39,470 nucleotides of DNA from Myxococcales bacterium (GTDB lineage Bacteria > Myxococcota_A > Polyangia > Polyangiales > JADJMO01): assembly GCA_021783935.1 (NCBI GenBank), contig JAJXTK010000001.1, forward strand, positions 1-39,470, written 5' to 3'. The notes beneath the pieces are model-generated. The model saw only the letters and a program-made list of their open reading frames with translations. It had not been told where the DNA came from and did not search any database. Made by a program: the position numbers and the translations under genes. Positions 18,785 to 26,640 of this stretch are shown one piece after another. The stretch's first letter is position 1, and each line of letters opens with the position of its first letter.

Positions 18785-19810
18785 ATGGCTGCGATGAACC
18801 TCGACGAGCTCCGCAAATCGGTGATGTCGGCCGCCCAAGGCGCCATGAGCCTGCAAATCGCCTTCATCGGCGTCGCCAATGGCCTCTTCGATGCTCTCGC
18901 CGCCGCCCCCGCTTCGACGGACGAGCTCGCAGCGCGGGCAGAGATGGACGAGGGCTACGTCCGCCGCTGGTGCGAGGCCGCCTTCGCGTTCGGGATGCTG
19001 CAAGCGCACGGGGCGCGTTTCGAGTTGGCCGATTTGGGGCATGCCTTCCGCCCGTCGACCCCCGGCACCTTGATGCCGTTCGCGGTGCAGGCGGTCCTCG
19101 GCGCGCACATGTCCGATCGGGCGGCCGAGCTCATGAGAACCGGCGAGCGCCCCGGCGAGAGGGTGCTGGCCGAGCGCCCCACGATCCTGCCGTGGTTCGG
19201 GCCGATGCTCGAAGCGACGTTCGGCGGCTTCTTCGAGCGCGAGATCCTGCCGAGCCTCGACGCCTACCGCGAGCTCGAGGCGCGCGGCGGGGTCGCGGTC
19301 GATCTCGGCTGCGGCAACGGCTGGTATCTGCGCAAGCTCGCCGCGCGCTACCCGCACGTGCGGGGCGTCGGGCTCGACGGCTTCGAGGAGAACGTCCGCC
19401 ACGCCCGCGAGCAGGCCGAGCGCGCAGGGCTCTCCGATCGGCTGACCTTCCAGGCCGGCGACATCCACCACTGGACGGTGCGCGAGCCGGCCTCGCTCGT
19501 CGCGATGAACCGCGCGCTGCACCACGTGTGGGAGGAGCGCGCGGACGTGTTCTCGACGCTGCGCGACGCGGTGGTGCCCGGGGGCGCGGTGGTGATCTGG
19601 GAGCCCCGCTGGCCCGACGAGCTCTCGTCGCTGCGCGAGCCGCGCGGGCGTGGGCTCGCGTTCCAGAACCTCAGCGAGCATGTCCAGGGGAACCACTTCC
19701 TGCGCCCGGCCGAGATCGAGGACGCGATGCGCGGCGCGGGGCTCGAGCCGCGCAGCTACCTGTTCGCCGAGGGGGCGGAGGCGGTGGTCGTCGGCACGCG
19801 CCCTCGTTGA
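18785..19810 (+). CDS. class I SAM-dependent methyltransferase with N-terminal winged-helix/dimerisation-like domain
   Basis: Motif I VAVDLGCGNGWYLRKLA, then GVGLDGFEENV, LTFQAGD and VVPGGAVVIWE. The overall layout is O-methyltransferase-like. Confidence 0.85.
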   Translation: MAAMNLDELRKSVMSAAQGAMSLQIAFIGVANGLFDALAAAPASTDELAARAEMDEGYVRRWCEAAFAFGMLQAHGARFELADLGHAFRPSTPGTLMPFAVQAVLGAHMSDRAAELMRTGERPGERVLAERPTILPWFGPMLEATFGGFFEREILPSLDAYRELEARGGVAVDLGCGNGWYLRKLAARYPHVRGVGLDGFEENVRHAREQAERAGLSDRLTFQAGDIHHWTVREPASLVAMNRALHHVWEERADVFSTLRDAVVPGGAVVIWEPRWPDELSSLREPRGRGLAFQNLSEHVQGNHFLRPAEIEDAMRGAGLEPRSYLFAEGAEAVVVGTRPR

Positions 19811-19902
19811 TCTCCTGCTTCACGAGATCGTCGCGCGTCGCGACGATTGCGTACGAAGCAGTCGAGCCGCTGCTCCCCAAGGCCGCGCCGGGACCGATCG
19901 CG

Positions 19903-20754
19903 TCAGTGACCGAGCACCACCGAGAGGGCGGCCTTCGTCGCGCGCGGGACGCGCTTCGGATCGGTCATGACGGCGAACTGGCTCGCGCGCCGGCAGGCGC
20001 ACTCGGGGCGATCTTCGAAGGCCGCGATCGTCTTGGAGAGCAGCGCCGTCACGCGGGCGACGTTCTGCTTCATGACCGCGATGGCCGCGTCGGCGGAGAC
20101 CTCCTCGCGATCGCTCCAGCTGTCGTAGTCGGTGACCATGGAGATCGACGCGTAGCAAAGCCCCGCCTCACGCGCGAGGTAGGCCTCCGGGACGTTGGTC
20201 ATGCCGATCACGGCGTGCCCGGCGGCGTGGTTCATGCGGCTCTCGGCGCGCGTCGAGAACTGGGGCCCCTCCATGCAGACGTAGGTGCCGCCGCGGTGGA
20301 GCCGCAGGCGCAGCGCCTTGGCGGCCTCGGCGACGTCGCCCGCGAGCGCGCCGCAGATCGGCTCGGCGAGCGCGACGTGGCCGACGCAGCCGTCGCCGAA
20401 GAAGGTGCTCGCGCGCACCCCCTTGGTGCGGTCGACGTACTGATCGACGAGCACGAAGTCCCCCGGCCGAAGGCGCGCCTGCAGGCTGCCGACCGCGCTC
20501 ACCGACAGGAGGCTCCGAGCGCCGAGCTTCTTCAGCGCCCACACGTTCGCGCGGTAGTTGATCTCGCTCGGCAAGAGCCGGTGTCCGACCCCGTGCCTCG
20601 GCAGGAAGTAGACCGTGCGCCCGTGCAGCTCCCCTTCGACGATCGCGTCGCTCGGGGGGCCGAACGGCGTCGCGATCCGGCGCGCGCGGCGCACGCGGAC
20701 CCCCTCGATCTGCGAGAGGCCGCTCCCACCGATGACGGCCAAGGCGTCGTGCAT
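19903..20754 (-). CDS. mtnP: S-methyl-5'-thioadenosine phosphorylase (MTAP)
   Basis: AVIGGSGL, FLPRHGVGHRLLPSEINYRANVWALKKLG, YVCMEGPQFSTRAES and VIGMTNVPEAYLAREAGLCYASISMVTDYDSW match the MTAP/PNP family. Confidence 0.9.
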   Translation of the reverse strand: MHDALAVIGGSGLSQIEGVRVRRARRIATPFGPPSDAIVEGELHGRTVYFLPRHGVGHRLLPSEINYRANVWALKKLGARSLLSVSAVGSLQARLRPGDFVLVDQYVDRTKGVRASTFFGDGCVGHVALAEPICGALAGDVAEAAKALRLRLHRGGTYVCMEGPQFSTRAESRMNHAAGHAVIGMTNVPEAYLAREAGLCYASISMVTDYDSWSDREEVSADAAIAVMKQNVARVTALLSKTIAAFEDRPECACRRASQFAVMTDPKRVPRATKAALSVVLGH

Positions 20755-20885
20755 GAAGCTGCCTCCGAAGGTCGAGCCGGCCGGGCCGGGCCCGGGTTGG
20801 AGCCGACAATGTGCGCAAAGGTGTCGCCCGCGCGTAGCGCGGCCGAGCGCCGCGAATCATTTCCCGACGCCGAGGCTCTCGCAAG

Positions 20886-22475
20886 GTGATGCCCTCCCCG
20901 TCAACCACGCCGCCGGCGCCCGCCAGGCGCTCCCGCCCGGGCGCGCTCGCGCGCACCAAGGAGCGCGTCGGCCAGTGGCTGATCGACCTCGAGTATCGCC
21001 TGCGCAACGCGCGACCGTTCGCCCACGGCCGCGGCAGCGCGCGCGTGTTCTACCCGGGCTGCTCGCTGCCCGCGGCCGACCCGGAGCTGGTCCTGCGGGC
21101 CTACGAGTGGCTCAAGGCGCGCGACCCGGAGATCGAGCTCTGGTCCGACTGCTGCGGCATGCCGCTCGAGAAGTTCTCGTCGAAGGAGGCGGCGGAGCGT
21201 GGGCGCGCGCAGACCCGCGAGAAGCTGCGCCGCGCGGGCACGACCGAGATCATCACCGCCTGCGGCAACTGCACGGTGCAGTTCCAGTCGCTGAAGGTCC
21301 CGGGGCTCCAGCTCACCTCGCTCTACGGGCTGCTCGCCGAAGAGGACTGGGGCGAGCGCCCGAACGCCGCGCCGAGCGTCGTCCATCACCCGTGCTCGGC
21401 GCGCATCGACAAGGGGCTCCAGGTCGACTTCAAGCGCTTCGCCGATCGGCTCCACCTGAACGTCGTCAACATCGACGATCCGAAGCACCCGCTCTCGTGC
21501 TGCCTCGTGAAGTCCCCGGCCGCGCTCGCCAAGCGCGAGGCGCTCGCCGACAGCCAGCTCGTCACCTACTGCGCGCACTGCACCATGTCCTTCCAGAAGG
21601 ACATCCCGACGCGCCACGTCCTGCAGGAGGTGTTCGGCAAACCCGAGGAGCGCTGGCAGCCCAAGGGGCCGCTCGCGCGCTTCGCCGCCTATCGACGATT
21701 CTCGCAGCTCGCGACCCGCGCCGGCGAGAAGGCCCGAGCGTCCGCGCCCCCGAGCGACGCGCCGTCGGACGGCCGGCTGTCGTGGGGCGCGCGCCTCGCG
21801 ATCGCGGCGCTCGTCGCGGCGGTGCTCGTGATGGTCGCGCGCCACGGCGCGCTCTCGCAGCGCGCGCTGCAGCTCATCGCCTACAGCCGCGACGCGGGGC
21901 CGCTCGGCATCGTCGCGTACGCGCTCGCGTACGTCGTCGCGACCGTGCTGCTCTTGCCCGGCTCGGCGCTCACGCTCGGCGCCGGCTTCGCGTGGGGCCC
22001 GTTCGTCGGGGTCGCGATCGTCTCGCCGGTGAGCGTCGTCGCCGCGACGGCCGCCTTCGCGCTCGGGCGCACGCTCTTGCGCGCGCGCGTCGAGCGCCAC
22101 CTCTCCAAGCACCCGAAGCTCGCCGCGCTCGATCGCGCCGTCGGCGATCACGGTCTGCGGCTCGTGCTGCTGCTGCGCCTGTCTCCCATCGTGCCGTTCA
22201 ACGCGCTCAACTACGCGCTCGCGGCCACGCGCGTGCGGCTCTTCGATTACGTCGTCGGCTCGGCGATCGGGATGCTCCCTGGCACCGTGCTCTACGTCTA
22301 TCTCGGCAGCCTGGTCACCAGCGGCACCGAGCTGCTCGCGGGTCGACCGATGCACTCCGCGGCCGCGACGGCGCTCTACTGGGGCGGCCTGGTCGCGACG
22401 CTGCTGGTCGTCGTGCTGACCACGCGCCTCGCGCGCGCCGAGCTCGACAAGCTCCTCGGACAGGAGGCCCCATGA
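20886..22475 (+). CDS. fusion protein: two HdrB/GlpC-type CCG cysteine-rich domains plus C-terminal TVP38/TMEM64 (DedA-like) membrane domain
   Basis: CCG domain 1: FYPGCSL...DCCGMPL...ACGNCTVQF. CCG-like domain 2: HHPCSAR...LSCCLVK...YCAHCTMSF. The C-terminal half is polytopic, with LLLPGSALTLGAGFAWG...LLLRLSPIVPFNALNYALA, typical of TVP38/SNARE-associated proteins. Starts at GTG 20886 or ATG 20889. Confidence 0.8.
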   Translation: MMPSPSTTPPAPARRSRPGALARTKERVGQWLIDLEYRLRNARPFAHGRGSARVFYPGCSLPAADPELVLRAYEWLKARDPEIELWSDCCGMPLEKFSSKEAAERGRAQTREKLRRAGTTEIITACGNCTVQFQSLKVPGLQLTSLYGLLAEEDWGERPNAAPSVVHHPCSARIDKGLQVDFKRFADRLHLNVVNIDDPKHPLSCCLVKSPAALAKREALADSQLVTYCAHCTMSFQKDIPTRHVLQEVFGKPEERWQPKGPLARFAAYRRFSQLATRAGEKARASAPPSDAPSDGRLSWGARLAIAALVAAVLVMVARHGALSQRALQLIAYSRDAGPLGIVAYALAYVVATVLLLPGSALTLGAGFAWGPFVGVAIVSPVSVVAATAAFALGRTLLRARVERHLSKHPKLAALDRAVGDHGLRLVLLLRLSPIVPFNALNYALAATRVRLFDYVVGSAIGMLPGTVLYVYLGSLVTSGTELLAGRPMHSAAATALYWGGLVATLLVVVLTTRLARAELDKLLGQEAP

Positions 22476-23122
22476 ACGCGCCGATCCCCGTCTGCGTCTT
22501 CGCGAAGCCACCGATCGCCGGCGCCAAGACGCGCTTGTCACGCAAGTACGGCGCGTCGGCCGCCGCGCGCCTCGCCCGCGCCTTCTTCGCAGACGTGTTC
22601 GCGACGGTGCGCGCCCTCCCCTGGGCGCGGCCGATCCTCGCGACCACCACGCGCGACGCGGGCGCCTTCGAGCTCGAAGAGCCGCCCGAGATCTGGCTGC
22701 AGGGCGAGGGCGACCTCGGCGACCGCATGGAGCGCGTGCTCGCCCGCGGCGTCGCCGACGCGGGGCGCGCGATCGTCATCGGAGCCGATCTGCCGGGTCT
22801 TCCGAGCGCGCACCTCGACTCCGCGCGCGAGGCGCTCGCGACGCGCGAGGCGGTGCTCGGGCCCACCGTCGACGGCGGCTTCTACCTGATCGGCCTCTCG
22901 CGCGTGCCGAGCGGCGCGCTCGCCCACCTGCCCTGGAGCCACTACGACACGCTCGCCAAGACGGCCGCGCGGCTCGCCGAGCTCGGCCTCGACGCGGCGC
23001 GCGCGCCGATCTGGTTCGACGTCGATGAGCCGGACGATCTGCCGCGCGTGCGGCGCGTGCTCGAGCGAAACCCCGAGCGGGCGCCGCACACGATGGAGGC
23101 GCTCCTCGCGATGGGCGCCTGA
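22472..23122 (+). CDS. DUF2064 / CofC-like nucleotidyltransferase-fold transferase (the 'rSAM/selenodomain-associated transferase 1', TIGR04282-like)
   Basis: VCVFAKPPIAGAKTRLSRKYG (family signature K-P-x-x-G-x-x-KTRL), IGADLPGLP and GPTVDGGFYLIGLS. Its ATG overlaps the upstream stop as ATGA (22472-22475). Confidence 0.8.
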   Translation: MNAPIPVCVFAKPPIAGAKTRLSRKYGASAAARLARAFFADVFATVRALPWARPILATTTRDAGAFELEEPPEIWLQGEGDLGDRMERVLARGVADAGRAIVIGADLPGLPSAHLDSAREALATREAVLGPTVDGGFYLIGLSRVPSGALAHLPWSHYDTLAKTAARLAELGLDAARAPIWFDVDEPDDLPRVRRVLERNPERAPHTMEALLAMGA

Positions 23123-23802
23123 TGCGCACGTCGATCGTGGTCCCGGTCCTCGACGAGGAGCGGGTGATCGACGCGCGGCTCGCCGAGCTCGAGGCCCTCG
23201 GCGCGCACGAGGTCCTGGTGGCCGACGGCGGGAGCCGCGACGGCACGCTCGCGATCGTGGCACGCCACCCCGGCGTGCGCCTGGTGCACGCGCCGCGCGG
23301 GCGCGCCCTGCAGATGAACGCGGCCGCGCGCGAGGCCACCGGCGAGGCGCTGCTGTTCGCCCACGCCGACGTCGCGCTGCCGGCCGACGCCCTCGAGCAC
23401 GTCGCGCGCGCGCTCGACGACCCGCGCGTCGCGCTGGGGGCCTTTCGCACTTGGACCGTCGCCGATCGACCGACGCGCCTCGGCCCGCTCTTGCACCTCG
23501 CCGATCTGCGATCGCGCCTGAGCTCGCTCCCGTACGGCGATCAGGCGATGTTCATGCGCACCGAGGTCTTCCGGGAGGTCGGCGGCTTCCCGCCCATCGA
23601 GCTCATGGAGGACCTCGCGCTCAGCCGTTCCCTGCGGGCGCGCGGGCGCGTGCGCGTGGTGCCCGCGCGCGTTCGGGTCTCCGGGCGCCGGTTCATCGAG
23701 CGGCCGTTGCTCTACACCGCGATCGTCAACATTTACCCGTTGCTCTACCGGCTCGGCGTGCCGCCGGCGCTGCTCGCCCGCTTCTACCGGGCGGTGCGCT
23801 GA
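23122..23802 (+). CDS. GT2-family transferase (MftF-like; the 'rSAM/selenodomain-associated transferase 2', TIGR04283-like)
   Basis: SIVVPVLDEE, VADGGSRDGT, GRALQMNAAAREATGEALLFAHADVALP, PYGDQAMFMRTEVFREVGGFPPIELMEDLALSRSLR and VSGRRF. Its start overlaps the upstream stop as TGATG. Confidence 0.8.
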   Translation: MRTSIVVPVLDEERVIDARLAELEALGAHEVLVADGGSRDGTLAIVARHPGVRLVHAPRGRALQMNAAAREATGEALLFAHADVALPADALEHVARALDDPRVALGAFRTWTVADRPTRLGPLLHLADLRSRLSSLPYGDQAMFMRTEVFREVGGFPPIELMEDLALSRSLRARGRVRVVPARVRVSGRRFIERPLLYTAIVNIYPLLYRLGVPPALLARFYRAVR

Positions 23803-23855
23803 ACTTTCGCCGGGCAGGGGCAAATCCTTTCGCCGCGCTGCGGCTCGAAGGGCCC

Positions 23856-24086
23856 ATGGCGATCTCGAACTGGCTCGCGACGGTCCCGTGGAACGTCGTC
23901 TTGATGGCGTGCCTGACGCTGGGCCTCGCACCGTTCACGCCCCCGCACATCGTCGAGAAGCTCGGCATGCTCTTCCAGGGCAAGCTGGTGAAGCCCATCG
24001 ATTGGTTCGATCTCTTCCTGCACGGCGCGCCCTGGGTGCTACTGATCGCCAAGGGCATCTTCACCATGGTGGCACGTCCCGCGTGA
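23856..24086 (+). CDS. small (76 aa) two-TM membrane protein
   Basis: MAISNWLATVPWNVVLMACLTLGLAPFTPPHIVEKLGMLFQGKLVKPIDWFDLFLHGAPWVLLIAKGIFTMVARPA. Its stop overlaps the next gene's GTG start (GTGA at 24083-24086). Confidence 0.6.
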   Translation: MAISNWLATVPWNVVLMACLTLGLAPFTPPHIVEKLGMLFQGKLVKPIDWFDLFLHGAPWVLLIAKGIFTMVARPA

Positions 24087-26566
24087 GCCAAGCGTCCCTC
24101 GGTTTCTCGGCCGAGACGGTGCTCCACACCCCGGCGCTGACGCGCTGGAGCACCGATGACGGGGTCTTCCTCGCGCTCGACGCCGAGGCGCCCAACTGGA
24201 TCGCCACCGACGAGCGGGGCGCACAGGTGCTCGCGCTCCTCGACGGTCGGCGCACGCTCGGCGAGGTCGCCACCCGCGCGCGGCTCTACCCCGACCTCGC
24301 CAAGGGCCTGCAGCACGTGATGTCGTTCGCGCAGGCGCTCCTGCGGGCCGGGATCGCCGCGCGCGCGCCGTTCGTCCGCCCGGCCTACGGCGGGCGCGCC
24401 GAGCGGCTCGGCGAGTGGTCGCTGCGGGAGATGTGGCTGCACACGAACGACGCGTGCAACCTCTCGTGCGAGCACTGCCTGGTCTCGTCGGGGCCCAAGG
24501 GCTCGCGCGGCCTGCCGAGCGAGACGCTCCTCGACGCCGTCGATCAGGCCGCCGCGCTCGGCGTCGAGACCTTCTTCTTCACCGGCGGCGAGCCGTTCTT
24601 GCGCCCCGACCTCGCCGCGCTCGTCGCGCGCGTCACCGCGCACCACGAGCGTCCGCTCGTCATCCTCACCAACGCGACGCTCTTCGACAAGCCGGCCTAC
24701 CGCGAGCTGCTCGCGCCCTTCGATCGCAAGAAGGTGCGCTTCCAGGTCTCGCTCGACGGCACCTGCCCCGAGGAGAACGACCCGATTCGCGGCGCCGGCA
24801 CCTTCGAGAAGGCCTCGGCGGGGCTCGCCCTGCTCGCCTCGCTCGGCTTCGAGACGTCGCTCACGCTCGTCCCCCACCGCAAGAACCTCGCGAGCCTCGC
24901 GGCGCTGCCGGCGATCGCCGAGCGGCTCGGCGCCGCGTCGGTCCACCTGATGTGGCCGCACCGGCGCGGGCGCGCGCTCTCGATGCTCGAGGAGCTGCCG
25001 TCGGTCGAGGAGCTCGTCACGGCGACGCGGGCGGTGCGCGACGCCGCGGAGGCGATCGGCGTTCGCCTCGACAACGTCGAGAGCCTCTTGCAGCGCGTGA
25101 ACGCGGTGCCCGACGTGAAGCATGATCTCGGCATGGCCGGCGTCGAGGCGCTCTGCCTGCACGCAGACGGCGTGCTCTACCCGTCGGCGGCGACGGCGGG
25201 GATCGAGGCGCTCGCGATCGGCAAGCTCGGCCAGCGCGGGCTGCTCGAGGTCTGGCGCGGCTCGGCGGTGGCCAACGAGCTGCGCGCGACGAGCCTCGCC
25301 AAGAGCCCCGCGCTGCTCGGCGATCCGCTGCGCTTCGTCACCGGCGGCGGCGACCTCGAGCACGCCTACTTCTGGAGCGGCTCGTTCCTCGGCGGCGATC
25401 CGTACGCGCCCCTCTACGCCGCGCTCGCGCGCGACCTGATGGCCGATCTCGGGCGCAAGGGGCGCGCGCGCGCCACGCGGCGCCCGGCAGGCGACGCGCC
25501 GATCATCTTCCACGCGATGGGCGAAGGGGCGCTCGCCTGCGGCGACGAGCTGCCCGGCGCGGTGCGCACGCTCCACTCCAACTGCGTGCTCGCCTTCGAC
25601 GTCGACCGCCCGCGCGCGCTGATGCGCGCCTTCTACGGCGCCGCGGCCGTCGCGCCGAAGCCGACCTTGTGCTGCCCGGTGCGCCCGCCCGAGGAGGACC
25701 TGCAGCACGTCCCGAAGGACGTCGTCGATCGCTTCTACGGCTGCGGATCGCCGGTGCAGGACGCCGCCCTCGCGCGCGGCGAGACGCACCTCGATCTCGG
25801 CTCCGGGGCGGGCATCGACGTCTTCGTCGCGGCCAAGCACGTCGGCCCCGAGGGGCGCGCCATCGGCGTCGACATGACCGACCCGATGCTCGCGGTCGCG
25901 CGCGAGAACCAGCCGATCGTCGCGCAGAACCTCGGCTACGACGTGGTCACCTTCCGCAAGGGGCTGCTCGAGGCGGTGCCGCTCGGCGACGGCGAGGTCG
26001 ACTGCGTGACCTCCAACTGCGTGGTCAACCTCTCGCCCGACAAGCGCGCGGTCTTCGCCGAGATCTGGCGGGTCTTGAAGGACCACGGGCGGCTCGTGCT
26101 CGCGGACATCGTCGCCGAGCGCGTCGTGCCGCCGCACCTGCGCGTGAACCCGGAGCTCTGGGGCGAGTGCCTCTCGGGCGCGCTCACCGAGGACGAGCTG
26201 CTCGCCGAGCTCGAACGCGCGGGGTTCTGCGGCGTCGAGATCCTCAAGCGCACCTACTGGCGCGAGGTGCAGGGGCACACCTTCTTCTCCGTCACCGTGC
26301 GCGCCTTCAAGCACGAGGAGCGCCGCCGCACCTTCACCGGCCAGCTCGCCGTCTACCTCGGGCCGCACAAGAGCGTGACCGACGAGGAGGGGACGCTGTA
26401 TCGGCGCAACGAGCCGGTCGAGGTCTCGACCGACGTCGCGGCGCGCCTGCTCCGCGCGCCGTACGCGGGCTCGTTCCGCGTCCAAGAGCCCTCCGGCGAG
26501 TCGACGCTCGCGCCCGCCTCGAGCGCGCCGAAGCCCCTCGACGCCGGCGGCCGCTGCTGCTCCTGA
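24083..26566 (+). CDS. four-domain fusion: PqqD/RRE-like + radical SAM + Cys-depleted SPASM-like + ArsM-type As(III) SAM methyltransferase
   Basis: N-terminus: WIATDERGAQVLALLDGRRTLGEVATRA...VMSFAQALLRAGI (PqqD-like). Radical SAM: NDACNLSCEHC (CxxxCxxC), FFFTGGEPFLRPD, FQVSLDG, IRGAGTF. SPASM scaffold with ligands lost: LCLHADGVLYPS...IGKLGQ...FVTGGGDLEHAYF. ArsM domain: LCCPV, FYGCGSPV, HLDLGSGAGIDVF, AIGVDMTDPML, TSNCVVNLSPDK, LWGECLSGA. C-terminal GGRCCS. Confidence 0.85.
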   Translation: MSQASLGFSAETVLHTPALTRWSTDDGVFLALDAEAPNWIATDERGAQVLALLDGRRTLGEVATRARLYPDLAKGLQHVMSFAQALLRAGIAARAPFVRPAYGGRAERLGEWSLREMWLHTNDACNLSCEHCLVSSGPKGSRGLPSETLLDAVDQAAALGVETFFFTGGEPFLRPDLAALVARVTAHHERPLVILTNATLFDKPAYRELLAPFDRKKVRFQVSLDGTCPEENDPIRGAGTFEKASAGLALLASLGFETSLTLVPHRKNLASLAALPAIAERLGAASVHLMWPHRRGRALSMLEELPSVEELVTATRAVRDAAEAIGVRLDNVESLLQRVNAVPDVKHDLGMAGVEALCLHADGVLYPSAATAGIEALAIGKLGQRGLLEVWRGSAVANELRATSLAKSPALLGDPLRFVTGGGDLEHAYFWSGSFLGGDPYAPLYAALARDLMADLGRKGRARATRRPAGDAPIIFHAMGEGALACGDELPGAVRTLHSNCVLAFDVDRPRALMRAFYGAAAVAPKPTLCCPVRPPEEDLQHVPKDVVDRFYGCGSPVQDAALARGETHLDLGSGAGIDVFVAAKHVGPEGRAIGVDMTDPMLAVARENQPIVAQNLGYDVVTFRKGLLEAVPLGDGEVDCVTSNCVVNLSPDKRAVFAEIWRVLKDHGRLVLADIVAERVVPPHLRVNPELWGECLSGALTEDELLAELERAGFCGVEILKRTYWREVQGHTFFSVTVRAFKHEERRRTFTGQLAVYLGPHKSVTDEEGTLYRRNEPVEVSTDVAARLLRAPYAGSFRVQEPSGESTLAPASSAPKPLDAGGRCCS

Positions 26567-26640
26567 GCGAGACCACGATCGGTCGCGACCGCCGCGAAGC
26601 TCCGTCGCGATGGTCGGCGTCCAGCGCACATCTGCAGTGC

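Noticed and set aside
26564-26640. Possible selenocysteine read-through of the TGA ending the radical SAM/ArsM fusion (relatives of this pathway are selenoproteins).
   Set aside because: Translation past the TGA gives Arg/Ser/Cys-rich junk that ends out of frame with the next gene. I found no extended coding-like frame, and the terminal GGRCCS resembles normal ArsM C-termini.
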